Positions 39,543 through 50,084 of a stretch of DNA of 64,000 nt are shown here, piece after piece. Both the position numbers and the translations under genes were made by a program. The stretch comes from Azolla caroliniana (lineage: Eukaryota > Plantae > Polypodiophyta). The first letter of the stretch is position 1. Every line of letters starts with the position of its first letter. A model generated the notes under the pieces. The model saw nothing but the letters and a program-made list of their open reading frames with translations, was not told the origin of the DNA and did not search any database. The DNA is taken from assembly GCA_043228905.1 (NCBI GenBank), contig JBHGNT010000001.1, positions 13,888,001-13,952,000 on the forward strand, given 5' to 3'.

Positions 39543-40859
39543 ATGACCTATTTCCTTAGTACTGGCTTGCCTCCCGACCACATGGCCGTCGATGTACGGA
39601 AACGACTCGCAGTACGTAGCCGCAACTTTTGTCTAGTTTCCGACATCCTCTATCACAAAGGCTCGGACGGAATATGGCGTCGGGCCATTCGACAATTCGA
39701 GAAGAAGGCCATCCTCCAAGAGGCCCACCTCGGAATCGCCGGCGGACACTACGCCGGAGAGTCCACGGCACGGAAAGTATGGCAAAGTGGGTTATGGTGG
39801 CCTACAACGAAAAAGGATGCCCACGAGTTCTGCCGACAGTGCGACTTGTGCCAACGGTTGGGACAGCCGATGGAACAAGCTCGAATGCCACACCAACCCA
39901 TTCTTCCATTGGAACCATTTCAAAAATGGGGGTTAGATTTTGTGGGACCCTTCAAACCAGTCGCGTCCCGAACTGGTAATAAGTATATCATCGTCGCCAC
40001 GGACTACTGCACAAAATGGGTCGAGGCAAAGGCTTTACAAGACAGCATGGCAGCGTCCACGGCCAAATTCGTGTACGAACATCTCTGGTGCCATTATGGA
40101 TGTCCAATTGAGCTCGTTAGTGACCAAGGTGGGCACTTTATAAACCGTATAATACGCGAGCTTACGACTCACTACGCAGTGGTACATAAGAAAAGCACAC
40201 CATACTACCCACAGGCAAACGGATTGGCAGAATCGACTAACAAAATTCTCCAAACAACCTTGAAGAAGATCGTCAATGAGAACCACACCGATTGGGATGA
40301 CAAGCTCCAGAGTGCACTGTGGGCTTACCGCACGACATTCAAAACAAGCATTCAATCCACCCCCTTTCGTATGGCTTTTGGTCTAGAAGCCGTTATGCCC
40401 ATCGAGTTCCACGTCCCGAGTCTCCAAGTGCAAGTTAAATCACGACTTCCCGAGGCCCAATCTGAACAATTGAGGCTGGAACAACTCCTCGAACTTGGCA
40501 AGGACCGAGTAGCTAGCATGGCCCAACTTGAACAGCGCCAACACCAACAAAAAGCCTTTGTGGACCGACATCGGAAGGGAATGGAACAAGAACTGACCAT
40601 AGGCAAACCGGTCCTCGTTTTCCAGACGCGACTCGGTACTATGCCAAGAAAGTTACGATTTCGATGGACCGGCCCCTTCTGGATTATTAACGAGTTTAAC
40701 GGCACGTTCCAGCTCGGCACCCTCACCGGGGAAATAGTCAAAAGCTGGGTGAATGGATTCCGACTACGACCGTACCAGGGAAATACCCCAGCCAACCCTT
40801 TCGCCGAGTCTCACGACCATGAAGGAGGCCACACGTCCCCCTCGGTAAGGACCCACTAG
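39543..40859 (+). CDS. Gypsy integrase domain (open remnant)
   Basis: H-H-C-C zinc finger, WGLDFVGP, SDQG, YPQANGLAES, GPF motif. Confidence 0.85.
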   Translation: MTYFLSTGLPPDHMAVDVRKRLAVRSRNFCLVSDILYHKGSDGIWRRAIRQFEKKAILQEAHLGIAGGHYAGESTARKVWQSGLWWPTTKKDAHEFCRQCDLCQRLGQPMEQARMPHQPILPLEPFQKWGLDFVGPFKPVASRTGNKYIIVATDYCTKWVEAKALQDSMAASTAKFVYEHLWCHYGCPIELVSDQGGHFINRIIRELTTHYAVVHKKSTPYYPQANGLAESTNKILQTTLKKIVNENHTDWDDKLQSALWAYRTTFKTSIQSTPFRMAFGLEAVMPIEFHVPSLQVQVKSRLPEAQSEQLRLEQLLELGKDRVASMAQLEQRQHQQKAFVDRHRKGMEQELTIGKPVLVFQTRLGTMPRKLRFRWTGPFWIINEFNGTFQLGTLTGEIVKSWVNGFRLRPYQGNTPANPFAESHDHEGGHTSPSVRTH

Positions 40860-43216
40860 CATTCCAAAGTAGACATTAGGTAGGATTAGGCATAGTTTTA
40901 GCAATTAGTTAGTTCCACCTACACCACCTACCACCTACCACCTCACCCAAATCACGTGAGGTTAGAGGCCCCCATTAGTAACTTTCACATTCACTTAAGT
41001 ATTTAAAGGCACATGCACAGCATCCAAGGCGCAGCACTAACTCCCTAGGACACGTGGCCATAATATCCTATTATGGCATCCACGCCCAAGAATCTCCAGG
41101 CTCCTTTTCATGCACAAAACCCTAGGCGTTCGCTAAAAAACAGTTACCCCAAGCCCACTCCACACACAGACGTTTTCTTGCACACCCAGCATTCATCGCT
41201 TCCACGCTCTCAAGCTTCCTCTCGTTCTCAACACGTTCATTGCTCCCACCGCTCTTGCTCACAAGCCCTCTCTTGCCCTCGTAGCCCCGCTGCCGCACCA
41301 CAACCATCTCCTTCCCTCACTCTGTCTCGGCCTGGTTGAATCCTCCTTCCCCAATCTTCCACACAGCAGAACCCCGAGTCCAGTATGCCTCTTGTAGCTT
41401 CACAGGAAACCCGCTCCTAGCTTCAGGAACGAGGCTTGGGTGGTTATTTAAAGGTGATTGATGCCCCTACGCACGCTGATGCCCAAGCGGTCGCACGACG
41501 AATCCACCCGGACACAGTCACCGACAATATGATTCGTGCTGACTTGGACCTGAAACGAGGAGGTGACCATGAGGTCGAGATTCCCCCTTCCACGACCCTG
41601 AAGGAATACTTTGGTGCGTATTCCATATCTGGTAAAGCCTACCGCACCTACGGTGGATCCAACAAGGCATTCGGGGAACTCACTCACATCCTGATGGAGT
41701 ACGCGTTCATGCATACCAACCCTACCAGTATGCCACAGAGCAAAGCGGTGATCATCATCAGTGCTTACGAGGGAAACAAAATCGACTGGGGAATCATCAC
41801 AGGTGAAGGAATCCGGGCAGCGCTCGAATCCTTCCAAACCGGTAAGCGTCTGTTGCCTGTGATCAACCACTTCCTTACAGTCCTCTACCCACCTCCTTCG
41901 GTTTCCCCTCGTCGCACCCTGATCTCTCTGCCACCACCACGGAAACAACGCGGGCAGATTTTGGAAATAACTCAGGAAGCATGGGAAGAATCCCGCAGGC
42001 GTTTGGCACCCCATTTCTGCCTCGGCCCCACCCCCACCAAAAACACAAAGACAACGGGCGGTGACAGCAACCCGTGTCAAATGGGATGAGGCCGAGGAGG
42101 CCATCCCCGAGGATGTCACCATACGCTAGAGGCCACCAAGGACATCAATGACCTCTCCTCAACTGAGCCCACGGCCCACCAGCCAATAGCCCTCGGCCAT
42201 CCGGCAGCAGAAGAGGAAACCGGTCGAGGAGCCAACACCATCGGCCCCGGACGCGCAGGACCAGCCGCCAAAAAGACGTCGTATCATTCGAGAGGCAACC
42301 ACAAAAACTGAAGGCGACCAACGGCAGAAATCAAAAGAGGCTAGCCCCCCCTCCACGGACATAGTACCAGTGTAGTCATGGCTCCAAGTCGGAACGATTG
42401 AGCATGGCCAAACCACGCACATATCAGAGGAGGAAGTCCTCGGGTACAAAGATCTCCCCGCGGAGGCATACGAGTTCAGTGCCCTACTTCGACTGGGCAC
42501 AACTTACGAGTTAATGGATTCCCTCGCACGCGCCCAAGTAGCTGTCGTCGCTCGTATGGCCGAGGAGCACGCCGAAACAAGAGATGATCCAACGCGCGCT
42601 AATGGGTGAAATCGAACCTCACGAGGATTGAGCCTTACAAAAGATAGGACGGAAGAAGCAAGTCCAGAATGCTTCGCTTCTCATGGAACTACTGGATCTG
42701 AACATGGCCTTAGTCGAGGCATATCGCAATCTACACCACACTACTCGGGCAGCCAAGGACATGGCCCGACGTATCAAAACGGCATATTAGCAAGCCAAAC
42801 GGGCTACCGACCTATGGCAAGCCGCCGAGGAGAAACTGGCGACACTCACACAGCAACAGCCACCCTTAATCCTCCCTGCGCCGAGTGAAGTTGTCTCACC
42901 AGCCACTCTTCTAAACTCGAACCCGAGTGCTGAAGGTACCGTAGCACACAAAGACGACATCACCCACCCCACGGTAGCCATGGCCGAGGCCAGCACAATG
43001 ACAGACTCGGTACATGCAAGTGAGCCATCCTCACGAGCAAATATCAACCCGCACCCCCAAAACAACCACTCCTTGACACAAATGCCACCACCTCCGGAAG
43101 TCATGGAACAAGCGACACGGGCAAACAAGGAGTCCTCGGCACAACTCCAACTAGCGGCAACCCAGACAGGGCCTCCCCTTAGGGACTACCAGGAGGAGCT
43201 TTAGGCCCAAATCACA

Positions 43217-44116
43217 TTGGCCAAAATAGCCGAACAGAATCACAACAACATTCTTGGCCAGCAACGAGAACAAGTCGCGAGCCGCGAAGCGAACCTTAAG
43301 CGCTTGCTTGCTGAAAGGTCGGCCACGCTTGAAGCACGAGAACGAGAGGTGATGACCCTCCAAGTCTCGATCACTGAGGCTAAGGAACGGTTCATCAAAG
43401 AAACTGAGCGGAATAGCCAATGGGAACAAGAGCTCTTCGCCGACAACCAGGAATTACGTCGTCATCAACGAGCCTTCCAGGACATGGCCAACGAACATAT
43501 GCAGAAGTGGAGGATCTCGGAGGAGCAACGAGCGAAAATCTCCGATGCATATCACCAGTTGCAATCCGAGCACATCGCCGTCAAAGAACAACACCGGGAC
43601 GCTTGGCGACTGGAAAGGGACGAAACTATAGCGCAACTGACCAACCGTTATGAGCAGACCATCGCGCTCATCACGATAAAAGCAAAAGATAATCAAGCTA
43701 CGTTAGCACTCTTCGCCCGCAAAAGCCAAGCAGAAGCTAAGGCCGCAAGGGAGGCACTGGAAGTTCACCGCGCGAGCATCGGCATGGACGATACCAAAAT
43801 CAAAACCCTAATCCAGAAGTATCGCCAACAATTCACCACGAAGATCAAAGAAATGCTTGACCATGTTTGGCAGAAGTGGTCAGCCCAAGCCGTGGACCTA
43901 CACATACTACCCGTAGATGCCGAGAACCGACGGAAGGAGGGCCGAGGGTTTTACAAGATGGATAACACCAGCATCCAGACCCTCCGTGAGGACTTAACGG
44001 AAGAATATCATAGCTTGGCAACATCCCACACTGCGGCCATTGAGCAACTCTTGGAGGAATTCAACAACGATCTAATGGTGTTTCGTTTAGAAGCCGAAGC
44101 GTACAAAGAAGAGTGA
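43217..44116 (+). pseudogene. Coiled-coil segment of a large degenerate extra ORF 3' of integrase
   Basis: E/Q/R/A-rich heptad-like sequence; same frame continues across single stops upstream (42980-43204) and downstream to ~44404. Confidence 0.55.
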
Positions 44117-44899
44117 CTCGCTACCGAGAGTCACAGAGCTCCCACAAAAACCGAGCAAGGAACCGAGTCACTCCCCACGGCAGCTAGACCAGAGGAGTCT
44201 GCTCCTACCGACGTCCACATCCCACCGGAACCACAGACTATAACCCCGACCCTCCCTGCATCGGTCCCAACAGAGGAGGGCACACACGCCGACACCGCCA
44301 TCCCCAACTCGGCAACACCAACCCCATCACCAACCCCACCAGCCGAGCAGCCAGCCCAACCCCACACCCCCGAGGATATCCTCGGCATATTGGAAGAAGA
44401 ATAAGACCAACCTCTAAGCCCTATAGGAACGGGCCATTTTTGTAATTCGTGTGGTTTTGTTAAATCCATGGTGAACTGTGGGTGCCACGAGCGTGCCAAG
44501 TGTTGTCCATAGGCCAAAAATAGAAATTAGTTAAATATAATACGTCAAAAGTAAGGCGAGTAGGTAAGGGAGAATTAGGTAAAACGCCGAGTTTCAAGCC
44601 TCACAGTCAGCCAACCGCTCGACGCTGTATGAAGGAAAAGAAGTATATAAACCGAGGTCTGCATACCTCGGCAAGAGAGAGATCCAAAGCCTAGGGAGGT
44701 CGGTTCATAGTTATAAGAGCTTTGTAAGGCTACCGGCTGTGGGCCGTGTTCTTTTGTAATCATCGCTAACTATTGCAGTAATACATATCTATAGCTCTTG
44801 TTGTTTTCATCTATGTGTCGTCCGCTTTTAAGGTCTCAACTACGTATACGACCCGGGCTCTATTCCGGGTATGCTCTCCGTGTTCTCCCCCTAACAACA

Positions 44900-47242
44900 C
44901 CTCCGTGCACCAGTATTCACGATTACACTTCCCTTGATACCGATAGCTTGTAGGCATATCAAAGGTGTTTCCGGTAGAACGGTTAACATATTCAAATGAA
45001 ATGCGAGACCCCACGCCGGGTGGTCGTGTTGCTTGAATGCACGTGTTTCATAAGGGCCAGAGTCAAGGAGGATGAGCAGCAGTTGCAGAAAACGAAGGTT
45101 GGCTTGAATGTCGGGGTCAGGGATGTCGAGGTATGTACGGAGGAAACATTGCATGACCCGGATCATTCTAGCTTCCGTTGGAGATGTGCGAGGGGGTCGT
45201 GGAAACACAGGCCAGTTGAACTGGAGGGTGGGTAGTCGTGTCTGGGCTACTTGAAATTCGTGCCATGGCCAACGGCGTGGGAGGGGGAAAAAGAAGGGGT
45301 TGGCGCACATCTCTGGAGGGTGTAGGGCAAACCATTCCCGGAAGGACGAGTGCTCGAACCAGGGGAGGCGCCACGGGGAGGCGCCACGGGGGTTTAATGT
45401 TGAGTGGCTTGATGAGGGAGTCCATCACCGGGTGGCACCATCCTCGAGTTGAGGTGGGGTTTGCGGCCACCCAAGTAGACATATTATCTCGGTAAACGTG
45501 TCGATAAAGGAAGATGTCGACTTGTGGTTTGGAGGCGACTTCGGGGTAGTAGGTGTAGAGGCGGGTGATTAGTAGGGGGGTCTCACAGAAATCAAACTCC
45601 CAGGTGGCGGGTGTGGCAGATTGGCTATCGAGGCGGGTGTCCCAACCACGTACCGTGTTCGATGTAATCGAGAGCGGCTTGGAGGCCATGGGTGAGTTGG
45701 TAACGATCGACCAAGTCAGCATTGAATCGGGTGCTCGTGTTGTGGAGTGGGGGGGGGGGGGGTAGTGAAGATGGGAGGGGGGAGTTGTTGGTGGAGCAGG
45801 AAGTGCGCGAGGGGGTGGTTGAAAGGGAGGGCTTTGCAGAGGATGGCATCTGTGAATGCCCGACCTAGGTGTGTGACAACTCATGTGTGGAGCGGGAAAG
45901 GATCGACTGGTGGGGAGGTGGGAGATGGGGAGGAACAGGGATGGGCAAGGGGGGGTGTGCGAAAGGGGTTGCAGCCGAACATGGGATGTGTATGATCAGG
46001 TACGTGGTATTCGTTAAGGTGTGGGCGTGGGAGGGAAGGGCTTGGAGGTGGGGGTGGTTGGTTGTCGGTATCATCAGGTGAGTTGGGGTCCCACTCTGGG
46101 TTGATCTTGGGTGGGGGGTGGGCGAGGTGCGGGGTGCGGGGTGCGGGGATAGGAGTGCGCGGGCCTGAGCCTCGTCAAAAGTCATAAGTTGATACTCACG
46201 GGAGACGTCGAAGTAGAGGGCTAACTCTTGTATGTTGTCAGCCTCGAGGTCGGTGGGCCAGTTGAATGCCGCACATTCGATACTGAATATGGGGGTACAA
46301 ACCCCAATGTCCCAGGCGGTTTGCCAAGCGCGTATTAACCAAAGGAACACGAAAGGGGGCACGTAGGCAATAGCGCTCTCCAACAGGGTGTGAGTGAGAG
46401 TGTCGGCGATTTGGTGTAAGCGCAACAGCGTGGTGAAGAGTTGGGCCAACTAGTCTTCGTTGACTTGCATCGTGACATCGGAAGGGTAGGCGAAACATAC
46501 CAGGTCGATGATGTCTAAGTTCGGGGTGATGACGGTATGGAGGTAGGCCATGCCTTCGAGGAACAAAATAGGGAGGTGTTGGGGGAAGAGGCCGTATGCT
46601 AGTGGTGAGGGTTCATCAATGGCTTCCGGGTATAACATAAAGAGGGCGAGGGCGTGGTTGTCTTCTGGAAGTACTCGGATGAACGTCTGCCGATCAGGGG
46701 GGGTGGTCTCATCGAAGAACGTGCGACGTGTAGCGGCTAATGACTAAGTACGCATGTGGCCTGGGCGAGAAGGTTACGCGGTGTACGCGGTGTAGTGAAG
46801 AGTTCGGAGAGGTGAGATGTCAAGGTCACATACACCGAGAGTGCCTGAATCATATTCGGAGTAACGAGCAGAGTAGAGAGGGGTGTCTGAATGGTGGAGG
46901 TGTCGGTCGTGCCTGGGCTGAGGGCGTGCTCGAGGGCGGCTTTGGTCGTGCGGAGTTGGGTGATGTCCTTCTCCAGTTCGGCACACTGGCGGCGGTGCTT
47001 GATGAGGAGGCATCGATTCCATTCGTTGGCGACCTCCGCTTGTTGGACCATAGCATCATGTTCAGCTTTGAGTGTTGCGATCTCGCTCGTGAGTCTATAA
47101 TTTATGGCGGTGGTGTTGGCCAGGGCCTCGGACCATGCAGAGAGGTCAACCGTCATCGCTGCGAGTTGGGTTTCCGTCTGTTGGTGTTGTGTGGTGAGAC
47201 GTACGTATTCGGTAGAGAGTTCATCGTGTGTTTGCGTTGCGC
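44900..47242 (-). pseudogene. Degenerate long ORF of unknown function (coiled coil, globular segments, Pro-rich linkers); 5' part at 54326-54620
   Basis: Consecutive minus-strand ORFs 46737-47242, 46450-46638, 45865-46449, 45168-45884 and 44891-45310; reading frame restored across the 47243-54325 insertion. Confidence 0.55.
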
Positions 47243-47987
47243 TGTCGTAGTGTATTCCACACACTACGTGAAAACCATAAAATAATATATCCGAATTTAG
47301 ATACATATAAATAAATAAATAATATATCAAAAGAATTTATCACATGCATAGGGCAAGATTCGAACCATGCACCTCCACGTAGATAAACCCCAACTTTACC
47401 ATTGTAATAACTTATCTTTAGTGTTATAAATATAGATTTAATACATATAAGACCTTTATTTACACATACCTTTATTAAAAGGTAAAAATCATGTATTCTT
47501 TAGAGTGTGAATATTTTATTTACACGTGACATTAAAAGTGACTCATGCACATCTAGCGTGCACGAGCCCTATATTTAGAAAATGACAAAGCATCACATGC
47601 ACATTTAGTGTGCATGGACACTTTAGGTGAAAAAGCATGAAGCCATGCTTAGCCTCTTCCATCTTTATATAAGGAGGAGAAAAATATGTATATGGTTGTT
47701 GATTAATATACAAGTTTTTGATCAATCTAATATATTCCTGGGATTCACTAATTTTGCCATCTAATTGCTCTAATAATCTAAATATTGTTTTAATTACACT
47801 AAACTCGTGGGATTCACGAGGTTACTATCTTACTTCTCTTCCTATTATTGATAACTAGCCTTAAGTTGTATTCCTCTTCCTCCTAGTCCAAAACCTCGGC
47901 GGTTCCCACCCGACTCACGTCAACGATCCGGAGCCGAAGGGCACGACACAGTTGGTGAACCCGACGTGAAAAACGGGTGGCAAGGAG

Positions 47988-50030
47988 ATGGAAAATCAAC
48001 AAGAGGCTAGCAACATGATGATAATGTTCGAGCGCATGCTACAAGAACAACGCGCGATGTCGGAGATAGCGGCCTCAGTGGAGCGGCTCGTGCAACGAAA
48101 CGGGCAATTCAACGGGAAAGACGTGTCGCGGTATCTTCGGGACTACAAGGCGGAGATGCTACGGTGCGGAATATCGGAAGGACTGCAAGTGACGTCCTTC
48201 AACCGGGTGGCGACCGACGGGCTTCAAGCAAGCATCCATGGGCTACGACAACAAAATCCGACATGGGAGGCGTTTGAAGTAGAGCTAAAGAGGACGTTCG
48301 CCATCGAGGATTCCTCCAAGGCGACGCGAAGGGGATTCGAAGATTGGGTGGAGACGCCGGACAAGGGATTGAAGGTCGTTGATGTGTTTTTGGCATTCGA
48401 AAGCCGGTTCGGGAGGTTGTCCGCGAGAGATCAAGCTATCCTCGTACCGGACAAGGTGATCATGTTCTTGCGAGCCGTGGATGTCCGGGACCGGAAAGAT
48501 CTCGGAGTGCTCTTGGAGGACACGACCACGGAGAGCGGCCCCACCGAAACATGGGAAAGCGTGCGGGATATCGTCGCGCGATACACGAAGAGGGGGCAAT
48601 GGCTTGCCGACGAGGAAAAGAGGGTTTCGGAACCGATTCCGAAACCGAGAACCGGATTGGAAGACCATCAACTGAGGGCTCGAGAGACTACAACCGAGAA
48701 GGGGATTGATGCATCTACGGTGGAGCAACTATTGAAGGAGATGGAGAATCTGAAGATCGCGATGGTGAAGAAGTCGGATGACCGCCCCACAAGCTCCAAG
48801 TATACGGACCGACGGTGCATATGGTGTGATAGCGCCGAACACGATCGGAGGGATTGCGACGAGCATAAGGAGGCGCTACGACGGGATCTCATCTACTACG
48901 AGGGAAACCGGATTCATTCGATGGACTCTCGGAAGCCACTCCGACCGAACTTCCGGAAAGGCGGCATGAAGAAGGTGCTCGAGGAGGAATTGGCGGCAAG
49001 AAGCAACTATGCGACAACCGCGGGAATATGTGTCGGGGAGTCATTGAGAGCAAAGACGTCTTTTTGGCCGGAAGTTCTAGAAAACACCGAGAAAACCGAC
49101 TCCAACGAGATCCAAAGCACCGCGGAAGGCGTCCGGGAAGCTACGGGATGGGAGTGCCCTGTCGACAAGAATAGCGTATACGCCCTGTGTCAATTGCATA
49201 AGGTGTATGTGGACGAGAAACGACGACGCACGGAGGATGCGGCCGGGCCATCGAAGATACCGGAAAGTTGGAACTCCGGAGGTAAGGGAAAAGAAAAGGC
49301 GACTCCGGCATTCAAGCTCGCCTCGGACATAGAACAACAAACCGACTTGAAAAGAGTGTTCGAGGAAAGAATCTTGGATAGCCGGGTAGATTTCTCGCTT
49401 CGGGAGCTACTCGGAATAGCAAAGAAGGAGTTCCACGATCTTCTCGTGGATCTCGTGAAGCGAAAAAGACAAAGTACGGAGGAAAATGCTCCAAGGGTGA
49501 ATGCGAACACCGTTTTAATGAACGACACCGAAGCGGAGGACGAAATTCCGAACTCCCACTATACAAGGCCACATTGGGCACGCGCGACTACGGAGACTCC
49601 GGTCCGAATCGGCAACATCAAAGAACCCGTGCTAGCATTGATTGATCACGGATCGGAGATCAACTTGATGTCCAAGGAGTTCTACCGGAAGGGGAAGTGG
49701 CCTATTAACACCAACCATGGATGGAAGATTCGGGCAGCCACCAAAGCAACGGAAGATCTATTTGCGGCTTATCCGGATGTGACGGTGAAGATCGGGGATG
49801 TCGAGATCGACCAAAATTTCTTCGTGCAAGATGAGGTTTCACATTCCGTCATCCTTGGCCAACCCTTTATCACGGCATCACGGATGGAGACGAAGGTGCT
49901 CGATAGCGGTGCGGCTTTTGCACGAATTCGGAGCCAAAACGGTGGGAAATCCGTCCAATTCCTAACGGTGCCGGCAAATCACGAAAGGAACAAGAGGGAA
50001 CTCTTGTCCCAAGTGAGAATGGATTTTTAA
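47988..50030 (+). CDS. Gag-protease polyprotein
   Basis: 680-aa ORF with CIWCDSAEHDRRDC knuckle and aspartic-protease-like ALIDHGSEINL...VILGQPF. Confidence 0.88.
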   Translation: MENQQEASNMMIMFERMLQEQRAMSEIAASVERLVQRNGQFNGKDVSRYLRDYKAEMLRCGISEGLQVTSFNRVATDGLQASIHGLRQQNPTWEAFEVELKRTFAIEDSSKATRRGFEDWVETPDKGLKVVDVFLAFESRFGRLSARDQAILVPDKVIMFLRAVDVRDRKDLGVLLEDTTTESGPTETWESVRDIVARYTKRGQWLADEEKRVSEPIPKPRTGLEDHQLRARETTTEKGIDASTVEQLLKEMENLKIAMVKKSDDRPTSSKYTDRRCIWCDSAEHDRRDCDEHKEALRRDLIYYEGNRIHSMDSRKPLRPNFRKGGMKKVLEEELAARSNYATTAGICVGESLRAKTSFWPEVLENTEKTDSNEIQSTAEGVREATGWECPVDKNSVYALCQLHKVYVDEKRRRTEDAAGPSKIPESWNSGGKGKEKATPAFKLASDIEQQTDLKRVFEERILDSRVDFSLRELLGIAKKEFHDLLVDLVKRKRQSTEENAPRVNANTVLMNDTEAEDEIPNSHYTRPHWARATTETPVRIGNIKEPVLALIDHGSEINLMSKEFYRKGKWPINTNHGWKIRAATKATEDLFAAYPDVTVKIGDVEIDQNFFVQDEVSHSVILGQPFITASRMETKVLDSGAAFARIRSQNGGKSVQFLTVPANHERNKRELLSQVRMDF

Positions 50031-50084
50031 AGCGGACTGTTGCGGAGTGGGGAAGTGATAGTCCAAGAAGCCCTGATACCCCAC
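50021..50084 (+). promoter_or_regulatory. Predicted -1 programmed ribosomal frameshift signal (slippery heptamer plus H-type pseudoknot)
   Basis: G_GAT_TTT (50021-50027) directly before TAA; 6-nt spacer; stem 1 50034-50043 pairs with 50055-50064 (10 bp incl. G-U); loop GTGGGG (50047-50052) pairs with CCCCAC (50079-50084); pol is in the -1 frame and open through the site. Confidence 0.8.

Larger units (their letters stand above)
36891..44899 (+). mobile_element. Decayed Ty3/Gypsy body (PR-RT-RH-INT) with long 3' extra-ORF region and candidate 3' LTR
   Basis: Protease region with LLGRPWL (37278-38165); RT FLDD and RNase H DASD (38355-39365); integrase (39543-40859); extra ORFs 41385-44404; LTR-like TGTTG...CAACA segment 44501-44899 with TATATAAA. 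5' LTR and most of gag missing. Confidence 0.85.

Noticed and set aside
45740-46150. G-run clusters suggesting G-quadruplexes
   Set aside because: Adequately explained as Pro-rich linker codons of the minus-strand ORF; no independent support.
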